Source: Escherichia phage GaoY1-9D. From it: DNA of 50,368 nt. The stretch is from sequence record PP971806.1, one strand, 5' to 3'. Below the pieces are notes generated by a model. It was not told the origin of the DNA. It saw only the letters and a list, made by a program, of their open reading frames with translations, and made no database searches. Within the stretch, counting starts at the first letter, position 1. Every line of letters begins with the position of its first letter. Positions 1 to 9,006 of this stretch are shown here, one piece after another. The position numbers and the translations under genes were made by a program.

Positions 1-12
1 GTATCCTACGCA

Positions 13-714
13 ATGCATAAAAAAGAAATTGAGTCGTTACAGGCGCGTTTAAATGCCTTAGAATCGAATCAAAAACATCAAATTTCTGTGCCGTCAATTA
101 TCGCCGATCATGTTGAGCAAGCAATCCTCAAGGCGGTGGCTGGGAAGTTGACTCACGAAGCATGTGAGCAATTGCTCAAGGATTTGCCTAAGTACAATGG
201 CGATCCGTGTCACAGCACTGTCGATGCATTCGTGAATGAGCTTGCGGCTGGCCCAGGGAAAACCGTCGTAGATGATGGCGCAAAGTTTGATTATCTGACG
301 AAAGATGCCAAGTTCACTTTCGGTAGCAATTTCGGTGAAGGCAAGGAGCTTACCATGTCAACCGCGAAAATGGAACCACGAAGCGGCGGTTACGGTTATA
401 GCAATCGTCACGTATGGGCGGTGGGTGAATGTGAATCAGCACGCGATCGCAAGGTGGCTGTTTGCTATTACGTTGGCGGGAATGGCTTCATCAAGGGTGG
501 AGAATATGAGTATGAAGTAGACGAGTGTGAAACAGGTCATAAACCGAGCGTTATTCACATCACGCAAGATGCCTTCCTCTCTGGACTAAAAGGTGATTAC
601 CGCTGGAGAGCATTGAAAGTTGGTAATGTAATAAATGCTAATGGTGAGCTAGTTGACGCATACGCAACACTAAATATTAATGGCGGAGTAGTGGCTCAGT
701 TCTATATTAAATAG
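13..714 (+). CDS. hypothetical protein, 5' end cut by window; true start is the ATG at 50149 in the duplicated end
   Basis: ORF in frame with 50149..50368 through the 127-bp terminal duplication; stop TAG lies inside the cassette dyad. Confidence 0.55.
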   Translation: MHKKEIESLQARLNALESNQKHQISVPSIIADHVEQAILKAVAGKLTHEACEQLLKDLPKYNGDPCHSTVDAFVNELAAGPGKTVVDDGAKFDYLTKDAKFTFGSNFGEGKELTMSTAKMEPRSGGYGYSNRHVWAVGECESARDRKVAVCYYVGGNGFIKGGEYEYEVDECETGHKPSVIHITQDAFLSGLKGDYRWRALKVGNVINANGELVDAYATLNINGGVVAQFYIK

Positions 715-775
715 CACGTTTTGTTAAAAGGGGATTCATGCTGACTGGTATAATCCCCACATCAACCACACGAAA
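712..775 (+). promoter_or_regulatory. intergenic cassette copy (dyad TAGCACGTTTTGTTAAAA, hairpin, TGGTATAAT, box, RBS)
   Basis: dyad 712-729; inverted repeat GGGGATT/AATCCCC 730-758 containing TATAAT 749-754; ACACGAAAGG before ATG 788. Confidence 0.6.
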
Positions 776-787
776 GGAAGTTAACCA

Positions 788-1327
788 ATGAATCAGATGT
801 ACGCCATGATTAAGCACCACTTGAACACAGACGCAATCAATAAGCCAGTCTACCTGTTTGATTACGACGGAACTTTATCTGACGGATCGCATCGTTTGCA
901 TAAGTTGCCTACAAAGGATTTGCACCTTACTGAGTCATGGTCTGAGTTCAATCGACTTTCAGAATATGATCAGCCTATCGAGTCAACTATTCAGGTAATG
1001 AACAGCCTGTTTGACTCCGGCGCGTTCATCATTATTCTTACAGGGCGTTCAGACGAGGTGTGTGAGATTTCTACTCAGTGGCTTCATGATGCTGGAGCAA
1101 AATATAACGTTATGGTCATGCGCCAGGCAAGTGATAACCGAAAGGATACCATCATCAAAGAGGAGTTCTTGCGGTATATTGGCTTGCATCAAATTACGGC
1201 AGCATTTGATGACAGTCCTAACGTAATCGCTCACTTTCGAAGCCTAGGCATCACCACATACCAGGTGTGTGACTATGGCGATAAACTACATGCTGGCGTC
1301 GGATCGCATGGCGTGCATCATAAGTGA
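788..1327 (+). CDS. HAD-superfamily phosphatase (possible polynucleotide 3'-phosphatase)
   Basis: N-terminal motif YLFDYDGTLSDG (DxDGT); cassette upstream. Confidence 0.6.
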   Translation: MNQMYAMIKHHLNTDAINKPVYLFDYDGTLSDGSHRLHKLPTKDLHLTESWSEFNRLSEYDQPIESTIQVMNSLFDSGAFIIILTGRSDEVCEISTQWLHDAGAKYNVMVMRQASDNRKDTIIKEEFLRYIGLHQITAAFDDSPNVIAHFRSLGITTYQVCDYGDKLHAGVGSHGVHHK

Positions 1328-1447
1328 CGATATACGAACATAAATTCAGCAGCAGGGGCGTTGATATGCTCCTGCACTATGTAGACGAAAAATAGGCAAA
1401 GCTCATGCTTAAGACGCATGGCGGCACAATAACGAGGATTAACACAA

Positions 1448-2065
1448 ATGTCAAAGATTATCATTCTCAACGGTCCAGCTTCGGTTGGTAAAGACACGAT
1501 CGGCAACGAGCTCGCAGCGAATTACAAATGCATCCCGACCAGCTTCAAGCGTCCAATGTTTGAGATTGCAGCATCCATCCTTGGTGCCAGGGCTTTCTCA
1601 AAGTTCATCACCGCATACGACGACCGCGACCAGAAAGAGATGCCTCATGACTTTCTCGGTGGCAAGACCTGCCGTGAGTTCATGATCTGGATTAGCGAAA
1701 CAGTGGTCAAGCCGCTTTTTGGCAATCAGCAGTTCGGCAAATTGATGAGCGAACATATCCAGCTGTGTGATGAAGGCTTTAGCTTCGTTTGCACTGATGG
1801 CGGATTCCCAGATGAAGTAATCAGGCTCGTTGAAGATGGTCACGATGTTACCCTGGTCCGCCTGTTCATGGATGGGAAGACGTTCGAGGGAGATAGTCGT
1901 GATTATATCCGCATCAAGGAATCGCATTTCCCTGACTATAAGAAATATAACGAGAATGACGTTCATCTTGTGAATGGCGATATTGACGGCGGCGTCATGG
2001 CGGTTGTTCGCGCCTGCGGTATCCGTCCTGCAATCGACGAGTGGGCCGACGATATTCCTTGGTAA
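1448..2065 (+). CDS. P-loop kinase (polynucleotide or nucleotide kinase-like)
   Basis: Walker A GPASVGKDT near N-terminus; RBS AGGA upstream. Confidence 0.55.
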   Translation: MSKIIILNGPASVGKDTIGNELAANYKCIPTSFKRPMFEIAASILGARAFSKFITAYDDRDQKEMPHDFLGGKTCREFMIWISETVVKPLFGNQQFGKLMSEHIQLCDEGFSFVCTDGGFPDEVIRLVEDGHDVTLVRLFMDGKTFEGDSRDYIRIKESHFPDYKKYNENDVHLVNGDIDGGVMAVVRACGIRPAIDEWADDIPW

Positions 2066-2066
2066 A

Positions 2067-2130
2067 TAGCACTAATTGCTAAACCCGCCCCGGCGGGTTT
2101 TGTTATAGTTAGTTCACACCAAACGAGAGG
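2067..2130 (+). promoter_or_regulatory. intergenic cassette copy with terminator-like hairpin
   Basis: TAGCACTAATTGCTAAA 2067-2083; CCCGCC/GGCGGG hairpin then TTTTGTTATAGT; AAACGAGAGG before ATG 2139. Confidence 0.55.
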
Positions 2131-2138
2131 AAAGCAAT

Positions 2139-2297
2139 ATGATTACTATCAACCTGTCAGACAAGCAAGCTGCCGAGCTTAAAGAGGCGATTTCTATAAA
2201 GAAAATTCGATACGGCCAGCACGATCGCCCTGAAGTTATGAGGGAAGTAATTAAACAGATCAACAATCAACAATTTGACGAAAACGAAGGGGAATAG
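2139..2297 (+). CDS. small hypothetical protein (52 aa)
   Basis: ATG 2139 with cassette and RBS upstream; below the ORF-track size cutoff. Confidence 0.45.
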   Translation: MITINLSDKQAAELKEAISIKKIRYGQHDRPEVMREVIKQINNQQFDENEGE

Positions 2298-2299
2298 CC

Positions 2300-2698
2300 A
2301 TGAAGTTACGTTGCATAAAGATTAATCCATGCGCATCAGAATGGTTTAAGAAAGACTTTCAGGTTGGCAAGGTGTATGAGGCAGAGCGCGGTCGTGATAT
2401 CTACACAGGCACAGTAGATGTTATTGGTGGTAATGAAGGTATTGCTTGGTGCACTATACAGAAAGGAAGCAAATTCAACCTAAGCATCGGAAGTGGACCT
2501 GCTGTCACGTTCGAGCTGGTAAAGGGTCCGCGCCGCCTGGTTGTAACTGAAAAACGTGTAACTGGCGTATTGAACGACAAGCGAAAATTCCGCCGCATGT
2601 GCCGCCAGTACGGTAAGCTTCGATTCACTGAGCCTGGGATGTTCTGCTTTATCGCATGGCGAGCAATGAAAAAGAATGCACGAAATTACCAGCGATAG
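2300..2698 (+). CDS. hypothetical protein
   Basis: ORF with RBS GAAGGGGAA; stop TAG is first triplet of next cassette. Confidence 0.5.
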   Translation: MKLRCIKINPCASEWFKKDFQVGKVYEAERGRDIYTGTVDVIGGNEGIAWCTIQKGSKFNLSIGSGPAVTFELVKGPRRLVVTEKRVTGVLNDKRKFRRMCRQYGKLRFTEPGMFCFIAWRAMKKNARNYQR

Positions 2699-2760
2699 CA
2701 CTTTTTGTTAAAACTCAGAATCGGGGTGGCTGTATAGTTACCCCATCGAAACGAACGAGG
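2696..2760 (+). promoter_or_regulatory. intergenic cassette copy
   Basis: TAGCACTTTTTGTTAAAA 2696-2713; hairpin GGGGT/ACCCC with TGTATAGT; CATCGAAACGAACGAGG. Confidence 0.6.
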
Positions 2761-2768
2761 AAGCAGAA

Positions 2769-2981
2769 ATGAAAATTGAAATTATCGACGTGAATTACAA
2801 GCCGGAAGAAGATGCGATGACTCTTGAGGAGTGCGGATTTAAAGTTGGCGATGTTGTCGAGGTGTCCGGCGAATACAATAATGGCGACTTGTCGATTCAG
2901 GCAATCCGTAAGACTATGTTCGTCAATATCGGCAATGAAGTAAGTATTAGTGAGCATGAATACAAGGTGATCGAAGAATGA
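2769..2981 (+). CDS. hypothetical protein
   Basis: ORF preceded by cassette and RBS. Confidence 0.5.
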   Translation: MKIEIIDVNYKPEEDAMTLEECGFKVGDVVEVSGEYNNGDLSIQAIRKTMFVNIGNEVSISEHEYKVIEE

Positions 2982-3304
2982 TTTACATTCACACTTACGG
3001 AGTCGGCAAGTTCGGTAAAGAGATTCGCCGGACCGTTCACGAAACGAAGGAATCAGCCGAAGCGGCGCAAAAAGTTCTCGGCGGTGAGTTCAAGGCTTAC
3101 CGCGACGCAGAAGACTCAGTTGAATGCTGGCAGATTGAGCACATGCGCAATGTGCTGGAAAGCGAAGTGTCGGAACTTATCGACAACATGACGTGTCACG
3201 GCCCTGGCGGACCATGGGAAGAACCAGGCTCACCGGAATGGGATTGCGCCAAGGTTGACACAATGAACAAGATCAGCGAAATCATTGATGGGGTGTACGA
3301 ATAA
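2978..3304 (+). CDS. hypothetical protein
   Basis: ORF overlapping previous stop (ATGA). Confidence 0.5.
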   Translation: MIYIHTYGVGKFGKEIRRTVHETKESAEAAQKVLGGEFKAYRDAEDSVECWQIEHMRNVLESEVSELIDNMTCHGPGGPWEEPGSPEWDCAKVDTMNKISEIIDGVYE

Positions 3305-3543
3305 TGTTTGGATTAACTGATCCGCAGATGAACGCAGTAAAGGCAAAGGCCAAGCAATTAAACGCAGCGTATGCCACCCTGAGCAAGAAAGATCGCAAAG
3401 ATGATAAGATGGTTGCCTCAATTATTACCAAGCACCATGAGGCCGTAGCGACCATTATATCGCGCGACAAATTTGTGTGGATTGCTGGTTATCTTAAGGG
3501 GCTGGTTGGCAAACGTGAAAACGGAGAAAGTATCTATGAGTAA
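3304..3543 (+). CDS. hypothetical protein
   Basis: ORF, start overlaps previous stop. Confidence 0.5.
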   Translation: MFGLTDPQMNAVKAKAKQLNAAYATLSKKDRKDDKMVASIITKHHEAVATIISRDKFVWIAGYLKGLVGKRENGESIYE

Positions 3544-3730
3544 GATCAAGAATGGTGACGTGATCAAGTGTATCGGCGCGCGCGGTTATGAGTTCTTTAC
3601 TGGCTGCGAGTACACAGTGGAAAAAGTTGATTCCCAGGGATACGTTTACGTCTACAGTGACGAGGGGAACAAGGTCGCGATCGACTACCCTGTTTGCCCG
3701 ACGTATGGAACTTTCAAAAAAGTTGATTGA
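3536..3730 (+). CDS. hypothetical protein (64 aa)
   Basis: internal ATG 3536 with RBS GGAGAAAG; same frame as track ORF 3473..3730. Confidence 0.45.
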   Translation: MSKIKNGDVIKCIGARGYEFFTGCEYTVEKVDSQGYVYVYSDEGNKVAIDYPVCPTYGTFKKVD

Positions 3731-3915
3731 CAGCCATCTCACTGACTGGTATCTTTAATCTCGTAAACAGAAGAGGCCACCAAGTGGTAACGAGCGGTTC
3801 GTAAGCCGCAAATTGAAATAGCGCATCGCCAAAAGCAAAGTGTAAGTCGCAATAAAATCGAGGCATTGTGAAAGCCTGCCGGACTCCGTAACCGGACCTA
3901 ACAATGAGGTTTGAT

Positions 3916-4101
3916 ATGTTTGAAGTCAAGCTAACTATTTTGCTAATGGGGCGCACATGCGCATCGTGTAAGCAAAACTTTGAAGCAAAGGTTGAGGCCA
4001 GCAGCGCCGAAGAAGCCGTTTCAAAGGTGAAGGAAATGAGCGGAGTCGACACAACGACTCATAAATTTTTAGTTAATTATGTAAGGGGTATTTCATGCTG
4101 A
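3916..4101 (+). CDS. hypothetical protein
   Basis: ATG 3916 preceded by TGAGG; track ORF 3904..4101. Confidence 0.4.
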   Translation: MFEVKLTILLMGRTCASCKQNFEAKVEASSAEEAVSKVKEMSGVDTTTHKFLVNYVRGISC

Positions 4102-4316
4102 TGTTTATTTATGGTTTTATTTTCGCTTCCGTCCTGATCATTTCGCTTTCCTGCTCATGGGCAGCCAAGTTAATTAAGCGAGGTCAGTTCGCTCAAGCTC
4201 GATACGATGAGAAGAAAAAGCAGTGGCGCGTATCCGGCAAGTTTATCTCTGTGTTCAACGAGATTAACGACATTCGATCGGGGCGGAAGCCTGGGGCCAT
4301 AAAATACGTTGACTGA
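4095..4316 (+). CDS. small membrane protein
   Basis: hydrophobic N-terminus FIYGFIFASVLIISLS; followed by intrinsic terminator. Confidence 0.45.
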   Translation: MLMFIYGFIFASVLIISLSCSWAAKLIKRGQFAQARYDEKKKQWRVSGKFISVFNEINDIRSGRKPGAIKYVD

Positions 4317-4324
4317 TTCATTTA

Positions 4325-4349
4325 AGCATCCTTCGGGGTGCTTTTTTTA
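4325..4349 (+). terminator. intrinsic terminator
   Basis: hairpin AGCATCC-TTCG-GGGTGCT then T7. Confidence 0.7.
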
Positions 4350-4359
4350 TGACTGCGTG

Positions 4360-4388
4360 TTGACAATGATATATGGGTGCATTATTAT
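4360..4388 (+). promoter_or_regulatory. sigma70-like promoter
   Basis: TTGACA 4360-4365, 17-bp spacer, TATTAT 4383-4388. Confidence 0.55.
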
Positions 4389-4429
4389 TAACTCATCGGG
4401 GCGACCCACTAACCAGAAGGAGATTCAAA

Positions 4430-4666
4430 ATGATTACATTAAAAGCAATTCACAAAGATGGTAGCGAACAGGTTTTTGAGGTTAAGAATTTCGGCTACAG
4501 AGCAACGCAAAACCGAATTGATGCCGTTGATTGTGATTGCCAGCCATTCAGTATTTACCTTAACGATGACTCAGTTTCTGTTGTGTACGCAATGAATTCG
4601 AGAGGGGCAACTATTGGCAAGTACTTTCTTAACGATCAAGTAGGGCTACGAGATTATATTTCTTAA
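4430..4666 (+). CDS. hypothetical protein (moron-like gene)
   Basis: ATG 4430 with RBS AAGGAG; own promoter and flanking duplicate terminators. Confidence 0.5.
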   Translation: MITLKAIHKDGSEQVFEVKNFGYRATQNRIDAVDCDCQPFSIYLNDDSVSVVYAMNSRGATIGKYFLNDQVGLRDYIS

Positions 4667-4671
4667 ATACA

Positions 4672-4696
4672 AGCATCCTTCGGGGTGCTTTTTTTA
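4672..4696 (+). terminator. intrinsic terminator (duplicate of 4325..4349)
   Basis: identical hairpin AGCATCCTTCGGGGTGCT then T7. Confidence 0.7.
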
Positions 4697-4745
4697 TGCC
4701 TGCAATCTGGTATAATCCCTTCCTATTCAACAAGAGGATGAAACC

Positions 4746-5282
4746 ATGAAAGATGAAAACTTCACCAGCACCGCTCAAGAGAAGGTGCGCATTGGAAACT
4801 TCAAAGAGCTGTACAACAAAAAGTATGGCGACATTGCCAACCTGAACCATCGTCATCCAATGACGCCTGAGACTGTATTCAACCTTGCGGTTAAATATTT
4901 CTCATGGGCCGAGGACCAGGCAATTAAGGCAATCGAAACGGCGAGCTCCCAGGGCGTTGTCACTGAGAACCTAGTGCACAAGCCGCGAGTGTTCACGCTT
5001 AACGGCTTCCAGCTTTATTGCGGCGTTACCTCCGGTGCTATCCAAAGCTGGCGCGCGTCGCCTGGATTCTCTGAGGTAATGGAGTTCATCGACTCAGTAA
5101 TTATTGAACAGAAATATCAGTTAGCTGCGTCCAACCTTATCAACGCCGGATTCGTAGGCAAAGACATTGGTATCGACAAGGCGGCAGAAGTGAACGTGCA
5201 GAACAACGTATCGGCTGGCGCGGTGTCAGTAACTACTGATGAATTTAAAGAAGCCGTCAAGGATATTTTGGGGGAATTATGA
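4746..5282 (+). CDS. terminase small subunit (putative)
   Basis: position immediately upstream of and overlapping the large terminase; size 178 aa. Confidence 0.5.
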   Translation: MKDENFTSTAQEKVRIGNFKELYNKKYGDIANLNHRHPMTPETVFNLAVKYFSWAEDQAIKAIETASSQGVVTENLVHKPRVFTLNGFQLYCGVTSGAIQSWRASPGFSEVMEFIDSVIIEQKYQLAASNLINAGFVGKDIGIDKAAEVNVQNNVSAGAVSVTTDEFKEAVKDILGEL

Positions 5283-6865
5283 TCCAGTGGGAAGATCTCG
5301 ACCTTGCAAGAAAGCAGGCAATAAAGGCGCTATCTGAGCAGTCATTCGAAAAGATGTTGAGAATCTGGTTCCAGATCGGGCAGGCTCAGAAGTTCCAAAG
5401 CAACTGGCACTTCACTTACCTTTGCTGGAAGGTTGAGCAGATCATCAAAGGCGAGGCGCAGAACGTGATATTCAACATCACGCCAGGCTCCGGTAAGACT
5501 GAGATCTTCTCTATCCACATGCCAGTTTACGGAATGTTAAAGAGTCCGAAGGTTCGAAATCTTAACCTTTCGTTCTCTGACAGTCTGGTGAAGGATAACG
5601 GGATCAGGACGCGTGAGATTATCGGTTGCGATGAGTTCCAGGAGCTATGGCCTACCAAACTGGCTAAGGCGTCCGGTGGCGATATTACCGCGCTGAATGA
5701 TAACGATAAAGCGTGGCTGACGTTAACATCGCGCGCTATCGGTGGCCAGGTAACTGGTAAGCGTGGCGGATACATGGAAGACCCTGACAAGCCATGGAGC
5801 TTTACCGGAATGTTGACGCTTGATGACCCCGACAAGCCAAAGGATATGTACTCACCCGTTAAGCGGAAAGCGGCGCATACCCTGCTAAAAAACACCGTGC
5901 GATCTCGTCGCATGACAGACAGGACGCCATGTGTCGTGGTTCAGCAGCGGCTACACGTTAACGACTCGACGTGGTTCCTGATGAATGGCGGCATGGGCGG
6001 CATGAAGTTTGAGCAGGTAATCATTCCGGCGCTGGTAACTGAGGAATACAGAGACACGCTTCCTGACTGGTTGAAAGAGGAATTTGACAGAGACGTTCTA
6101 TCTTCCCCATCGGTAATGATTGACGGGGTTGAACACTTCTCTTTCTGGCCCGCGAAGGAAAGCGCAGAAAGCCTACTGGCGTTGCGCGAAGCTGACCTTT
6201 ACACCTTCGAGTCGCAGTATCAGCAGAAGCCAATCGCGCTTGGAGGTAACGCGTTTAAATCGGACTGGTTCCAGTATTACGGAGATGGCGAGAAGGCCAA
6301 CATGCCAAAGCCGGATCGCTTCGAATACCTTTTTACTACTGCGGATACGGCGCAGAAAGCCGAGGAAATTCACGACTACAGCGTCTTTGTTTTGTGGGGT
6401 AAGTATAAGGACCGCGTATATTTCATCGACGGCATTCGCGGTAAGTGGGAAGCGCCGGAACTTGAAAAGATGGCCCTTAACTTTTATGGCAACTGCTTCA
6501 AATGGGCGAAGGATAACAAGACTTCACTGCGCAAGGTTTACATTGAAGACAAGGCGAGCGGTACCGGCCTGATCCAGTCAATCAACAAGAAACTACCGAT
6601 TGATATTACGCCAGTTCAGCGAAATACGGATAAGGTAACTCGCGCAATGGACGCGGCGCCAATCATGAAAGCGGGGCGCTGTGTTTTTCCTGAGTCTCAC
6701 GAAATGTTAAGTGACATGGAGGTTGAGTTGGTTTCATTCACGTTTGATGATTCATCTCCTCACGATGACATTTGCGATAACGTCTTTGATGCTGTAAACT
6801 TTGAGATGAACTTGCTTGATGATCCGGTAGCGCGAATGAAACGATTAGCGGGAATGCGCAAATAA
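5279..6865 (+). CDS. terminase large subunit
   Basis: 528 aa; P-loop-like TPGSGKT near N-terminus; C-terminal acidic nuclease-type region; followed by portal. Confidence 0.8.
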   Translation: MIQWEDLDLARKQAIKALSEQSFEKMLRIWFQIGQAQKFQSNWHFTYLCWKVEQIIKGEAQNVIFNITPGSGKTEIFSIHMPVYGMLKSPKVRNLNLSFSDSLVKDNGIRTREIIGCDEFQELWPTKLAKASGGDITALNDNDKAWLTLTSRAIGGQVTGKRGGYMEDPDKPWSFTGMLTLDDPDKPKDMYSPVKRKAAHTLLKNTVRSRRMTDRTPCVVVQQRLHVNDSTWFLMNGGMGGMKFEQVIIPALVTEEYRDTLPDWLKEEFDRDVLSSPSVMIDGVEHFSFWPAKESAESLLALREADLYTFESQYQQKPIALGGNAFKSDWFQYYGDGEKANMPKPDRFEYLFTTADTAQKAEEIHDYSVFVLWGKYKDRVYFIDGIRGKWEAPELEKMALNFYGNCFKWAKDNKTSLRKVYIEDKASGTGLIQSINKKLPIDITPVQRNTDKVTRAMDAAPIMKAGRCVFPESHEMLSDMEVELVSFTFDDSSPHDDICDNVFDAVNFEMNLLDDPVARMKRLAGMRK

Positions 6866-6916
6866 TGTATAATGGCTAGGCTAACAACCTAGCCATTTTT
6901 ATTTGGAGAAAAGCAG

Positions 6917-8176
6917 ATGAGTAAAAAAAGCGTAAAGACCGACTCTTACAACAAGACGTTTAAGGGTGAAGGTACGGCAGGCGGCGCGCTTGCATCGCTG
7001 TATGATCAGATGTATGTGACGCAGTTTTACATTGATGATCCTATGGCTAAGAAAATTGTCGATGTTATTCCAGAGGAAATGGTTTTCCCTGGATTCGGCC
7101 TGGACGGGGTGAAGGATGAGAAGGCGTTCAAATCTTTGTGGGATGGCATGAAGCTTAACAAGCAGATTGTCGAGGCGTTCTCATGGGAGCGGCTTTATGG
7201 TGGTTCCGCTATCGTTGCCGTCGTCCGTGACAACCGACTCCTGACATCACCAATCAAGGAAGGTGCGCAGCTTGAATCAATCCGCGTCTACGAGAAAGAG
7301 CAGATCCGCATCAAGGACCGCGAGAAGAACGCGCGCAACCCTCGCTATGGTATGCCGAAGATTTACACCATTAACCCTGGCGGCAGCGTACCGGAATACG
7401 ACGTACACTACACGCGAATCTATGTTAACGGCGGCGAGCGCGTACCTAACTCACTTCGAGCGCAGAATAACGATTGGGGCGCATCGGTGCTGAGTAAGGG
7501 CTTGATTGACGCCATCCTGGACTACAACTACTGTGAAGAACTGGCTACTCAGCTATTGCGCCGTAAGCAGCAAGGCGTATGGAAAGTAAAAGGACTGGCT
7601 GATTTGTGCGACGATGACGAAGGGCGTTACGCGGCTCGACTGCGATTAGCTCAGGTTGATGACAATAGCGGCGTAGGCCGGACGATTGGCATTGATGCCA
7701 CCGACGAAGAATACGACGTCCTTAACTCAGACATTGGCGGCGTTGATGCTTTCCTGGATAAGAAGATGGACCGCATCGTCAACTACTCGCAGATTCATGA
7801 GATCATCCTCAAGAATAAGAACGTAGGCGGCGTGTCAGCGAGCCAGAACACAGCGCTTGAGACTTTCTACAAGATGATTGATCGCAAGCGTAACGAGTAT
7901 TACAGGCCGCTTCTGGAATGGCTTGTTCCGATGATTATTCAGGATGAGGAGTGGTCAATCCGCTTTGAACCGCTATCAATGCCAAGCGAGAAAGAGCAGT
8001 CCGAGACGTTGAAGAATAACGTTGATTCAATCTCAAAGCTGGTGGCGGATCAGGTCATTGACCGTGACGAGGCACGTGATACACTTGAGGCGATCTCGGA
8101 CTTTATCAAGATTCAAGGCCCAGCGCCGGAGCTTGAAATCGAACCAACTGACCCACAGGTGAGCAACGAGGAATAA
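6917..8176 (+). CDS. portal protein
   Basis: 419 aa ORF between terminase and head morphogenesis genes; acidic C-terminus. Confidence 0.75.
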   Translation: MSKKSVKTDSYNKTFKGEGTAGGALASLYDQMYVTQFYIDDPMAKKIVDVIPEEMVFPGFGLDGVKDEKAFKSLWDGMKLNKQIVEAFSWERLYGGSAIVAVVRDNRLLTSPIKEGAQLESIRVYEKEQIRIKDREKNARNPRYGMPKIYTINPGGSVPEYDVHYTRIYVNGGERVPNSLRAQNNDWGASVLSKGLIDAILDYNYCEELATQLLRRKQQGVWKVKGLADLCDDDEGRYAARLRLAQVDDNSGVGRTIGIDATDEEYDVLNSDIGGVDAFLDKKMDRIVNYSQIHEIILKNKNVGGVSASQNTALETFYKMIDRKRNEYYRPLLEWLVPMIIQDEEWSIRFEPLSMPSEKEQSETLKNNVDSISKLVADQVIDRDEARDTLEAISDFIKIQGPAPELEIEPTDPQVSNEE

Positions 8177-8178
8177 TC

Positions 8179-8952
8179 ATGAAGGTTAACGGCATTGTAA
8201 ATCAATGGAGTTACCCCGAAGCAAGCGAGCGGCAGCTTAGCCGCTCATTGTCAAACTTCGCAGGCGAGATGGCAAAGAAGGCCAGATCGCTTACTGGCGG
8301 TATGAGGTTTGACGCTTCGGACGAAGAAATCAATGATGCAGAAAGTGAGCTTGCGGAATATGCTTCCGGACTGATCGCGGCGATTGTTGCCACACTTCCG
8401 GCGCTAGCCCTGACTATCTACAAGTTTAACTCAAGGCAATTCCTCAATGTGGCGAGGAAAGCAGGTGGCGGAAAGAACCAGTCTGTGATCTTGCTTGGCG
8501 TGCTGGGAGCGAATGCCAATGAGTCGTGGTATCGAGAGAAGTCATCACAATGGCGCGGTTCGGCTGAGGCGAGTATTTTGAAGCTAGCGAGAGACATCAT
8601 CTCTGACTGGTCGCAAAACCTACGCGTCGAAAACGTGCGCAATAAAACCAGTCAGCAGATTGATGAAGTTTTAAAGCAGCGTTACAAGGTGTATACTGGC
8701 TGGACCGTGAATCGGTCACGTGGAATTGTGTCCACCTGGAACAGCGTACTGATGCGCCAGCGCCTGGATGATGCTGGAGTAACTCACTATTTCTGGCATG
8801 GTAAACTGGACGAGCGCGAGCGATTGCAGCACGTAAAATGGGAAGGTAAACGCATTGAGATCTCAAGTGACCATCCGTTCCCTGGGGAGCCTTACGGATG
8901 CCGTTGTTGGGCAGTTCCGGACTTCACAACAGCAAACGGGAAATCATCATGA
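8179..8952 (+). CDS. head morphogenesis protein (minor capsid protein)
   Basis: 257 aa ORF directly after portal. Confidence 0.55.
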   Translation: MKVNGIVNQWSYPEASERQLSRSLSNFAGEMAKKARSLTGGMRFDASDEEINDAESELAEYASGLIAAIVATLPALALTIYKFNSRQFLNVARKAGGGKNQSVILLGVLGANANESWYREKSSQWRGSAEASILKLARDIISDWSQNLRVENVRNKTSQQIDEVLKQRYKVYTGWTVNRSRGIVSTWNSVLMRQRLDDAGVTHYFWHGKLDERERLQHVKWEGKRIEISSDHPFPGEPYGCRCWAVPDFTTANGKSS

Positions 8953-9006
8953 TTAATGAGGAGAATTGGGATGTTTAAATTAACTGGATTTGGAGAGGGT
9001 TAGTAT

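Noticed and set aside
712-729. Cassette as a single-subunit phage RNA polymerase promoter (T7-like)
   Set aside because: No gene of suitable size or motifs for a single-subunit RNA polymerase is present, and the motif has no similarity to known 23-bp phage promoters.
2696-2760. Cassette as a standard sigma70 promoter with TTGTTA as the -35
   Set aside because: Spacing from TTGTTA or TTGCTA to the TATAAT-like hexamer is about 22 bp in several copies, outside the 16-18 bp window; an extended -10 promoter with an upstream operator fits better.
3731-3915. Possible tRNA or small RNA in the 185-bp gap before gene 3916 (GGTTCGTAAGCC resembles a T-loop)
   Set aside because: No acceptor stem could be paired, the loop deviates from TTCRANN, and there is no anticodon-arm geometry; more likely promoter and leader sequence.
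5527-5913. Track ORFs antisense to or nested inside large well-supported genes (for example 5527..5913, 9664..10068, 11308..11712, 12539..13018, 15247..15726, 24461..24820, 29814..30284, 41228..41569, 43192..43602, 44852..45223)
   Set aside because: They lie entirely inside stronger genes on the other strand, lack RBS and cassette signals, and have biased composition typical of antisense reading of coding DNA.
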